Assembly: GCF_031426985.1 (NCBI RefSeq) | Contig: NZ_JASJOY010000022.1 | Coordinates: forward strand, 10,871 to 74,870 | DNA: 64,000 nt | Reading direction: 5' to 3' | Origin: Hydrogenophaga sp. | Lineage (GTDB): Bacteria > Pseudomonadota > Gammaproteobacteria > Burkholderiales > Burkholderiaceae_C | Part shown: positions 62,463-64,000 of the stretch, piece after piece | Numbering within the stretch: position 1 is the first letter of the stretch | Layout: every line of letters begins with the position of its first letter | The notes under the pieces: generated by a model | What the model saw: only the letters and a program-made list of their open reading frames with translations | Databases searched by the model: none | Told to the model about the DNA's origin: nothing | Program-made: the position numbers and the translations under genes

Positions 62463-62817
62463 GTTGTCTCCAGGGTCCGGGGGTAGACCCACCCAGTAAT
62501 CCGGCGCCCACGACGCTTCGCGCATCGGATCGGACAGGGACTCGGGATCGGTATTGTTGTCTCTTTGACTCATGCAATTGTCTTCATATCTGTGGCGGGC
62601 ATCAACACAAGGGTCTGCCCGGATGCAACAGCCTGTTCCGCTACGGTGCACAGACGAGATAGCAAGTAGTCGGCCATAGGGAAAGACCCTTGGTTTTGTG
62701 CCCGGTGCAAGGCTGTACCGGGCACTGTGACAATGCGCGCGGCGCAATTGGTGCAATTTGGAGCACTGCGCGGCGGTGCAGCGGTGTTGCGGTGTGGCTG
62801 TGCGGCACGGGCGGCGG

Positions 62818-62833
62818 TGGCAAGCTTTTTGCA
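62818..62833 (+). promoter_or_regulatory. sigma54 promoter of the cytochrome c550 operon
   Basis: TGGCAAGCTTTTTGCA. Confidence 0.8.
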
Positions 62834-62888
62834 GACCGGTGTTCAGAAGCCTTTTCACTTCCCTTTCTGAACAACGGAGACAAGCCCC

Positions 62889-63386
62889 ATGAACTTCCCC
62901 CGAATCCGTCTGCCCAAGCGTGTGCTGCAAGGCGCACTGGTGATCAGCGCCACCGCCTTCGTGGCTGTGGCCGTCATGGCCCACGGCGACGTGGTGCCGC
63001 AGGCTGTGGACACCCACACGCTGCCCCAGCTGGGCGCCAAGTGGCTGGAGGCCAACCCCTACAACGACAAGAGCCCGGCGCGTGGCGAGGCGCTGCGCAT
63101 CGGCACATCGGCCTACAACCAGAACTGCGCGCGCTGCCACGGCCTGGAAGCGATTTCCGGCGGCATCTCGCCCGACCTGCGCAAGCTGGACAGCGACTGC
63201 ACCGGCCTGTCCGATCCGGCCAAGAAGGAAGCCTGCTTCAAGGAGATGGACGACTACTTCCTGGCCACCGTGCGGCGCGGCCGTGTGCGCGACGGCCGCG
63301 TGTACATGCCGCCGTTCGAAGGCACGCTGTCGCAAGAAGCGATCTGGTCGATCCGCACCTACATCGAGACGCGCCGCGAACCTTGA
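62889..63386 (+). CDS. pedF: cytochrome c550, electron acceptor of PQQ-ADH (PedF/ExaB-like)
   Basis: AHGDV.PQAVDT, NQNCARCHGL...SGGI.PDLR and YMP.F...L motifs. Confidence 0.9.
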   Translation: MNFPRIRLPKRVLQGALVISATAFVAVAVMAHGDVVPQAVDTHTLPQLGAKWLEANPYNDKSPARGEALRIGTSAYNQNCARCHGLEAISGGISPDLRKLDSDCTGLSDPAKKEACFKEMDDYFLATVRRGRVRDGRVYMPPFEGTLSQEAIWSIRTYIETRREP

Positions 63387-63428
63387 ACGCGCTCGGGGGA
63401 ACAGGTCCTACAACCGGAGACAACACAC

Positions 63429-64000
63429 ATGCCGCTGAACAACAACAAACCCACCCCATCCTCCCTGTCGATCTCGCGGCGCCGCGTGCTCGGCGCCGCC
63501 GCCTGCTTGCCCCTGCTGGCCGGGCTGCCGGCGCTGCACGCGCAGGAGCTGACCGACCTGGCCCGCATCAAGGCCAGCGGCGCGCTCAAGGTGGCGGTCT
63601 ACAAGGACAACGCGCCGTTTTCGTCGGGTCCGGCCAACGCGATGACCGGTCTTGATGTGGGTCTGGCCGAGGCGCTGGCCCGGCAGCTGGGCCTCAAGCT
63701 CTCGCTGCTGCCCTTCGATGCCGGCGAGAACATGAACGACGACCTGCGCAACATGGTCTGGAAGGGCCATTACCTGGGCTACGGCCCGGCCGACGTGATG
63801 CTGCAGGTGCCGGTGGACCGTTACCTGATCAACGAGAACCGGCAGGCACTGATTTTTGCGCCCTACATGCGCCAGGTGCCGGTGCTGCTGCTGGACACGC
63901 GCAAGCTGGCCGAGGTGCGCACGCCCGAAGACCTCAAGGGTCTGCCGCTGGCGGCCGAACGTGGCGCCGGCCAAGCCAGCCTGCTCATGGGCTATGGCGG
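63429..64000 (+). CDS. quinoprotein-associated substrate-binding protein (PedG/MoxJ-like), cut by the window end
   Basis: Tat-like RRRVL; L.VAVY.DN.PFS and AGENMNDDLRNMVWKGHYLG motifs; no stop codon in the window. Confidence 0.78.
   Translation, partial: MPLNNNKPTPSSLSISRRRVLGAAACLPLLAGLPALHAQELTDLARIKASGALKVAVYKDNAPFSSGPANAMTGLDVGLAEALARQLGLKLSLLPFDAGENMNDDLRNMVWKGHYLGYGPADVMLQVPVDRYLINENRQALIFAPYMRQVPVLLLDTRKLAEVRTPEDLKGLPLAAERGAGQASLLMGYG

Noticed and set aside
62463-63335. Long N-terminal extension of the sigma54 activator (971-aa ORF)
   Set aside because: It overlaps pedF and its promoter on the other strand. A GGAG-preceded ATG at 62462 gives a normal GAF-AAA+-HTH protein.

Overview
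GC-rich betaproteobacterial (Comamonadaceae-like) chromosomal window. I recognised no rRNA, tRNA, CRISPR array or transposase. Positions 1-25 kb are mixed housekeeping and accessory genes: DUF1631, a TAXI-type binding protein, an Aer-like chemoreceptor, a CusF/DUF411 pair, aapJQMP, an acyl-CoA ligase, hemerythrin, a 2OG-Fe dioxygenase, chaA, the pyrG-kdsA-DUF1330-eno-ftsB run and coaBC. Positions 25-36 kb are an oxyanion locus with tupBCA (tungstate) converging on modABC (molybdate), two ModE-like regulators, a secreted DsrE-like protein and an inserted TetR/SDR pair. Positions 36.5-64 kb are a sigma54-controlled PQQ alcohol-oxidation cluster. It contains aldehyde dehydrogenase, a PqqU/YncD-like TonB receptor, a PedA1A2BC-like ABC system with a Bug protein, a SoxYZ-like carrier, two atypical metallo-hydrolases, a lanthanide-type (D-Y-D) PQQ alcohol dehydrogenase, two cytochromes c, pqqABCDE and a GAF-AAA+ activator. 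Three observations stand out. (1) An uncharacterised four-gene ExbB/ExbD-like motor module is translationally coupled to pqqE. (2) A REP-like repeat family sits right after stop codons and, inside operons, forms bridging mini-ORFs or in-frame protein extensions. (3) A proline-iminopeptidase-like gene lies beside pqqA, and no pqqF is present in the window. Protein family calls come from motif recognition by eye, not database searches. Several start codons were moved from the ORF track to better-supported positions.
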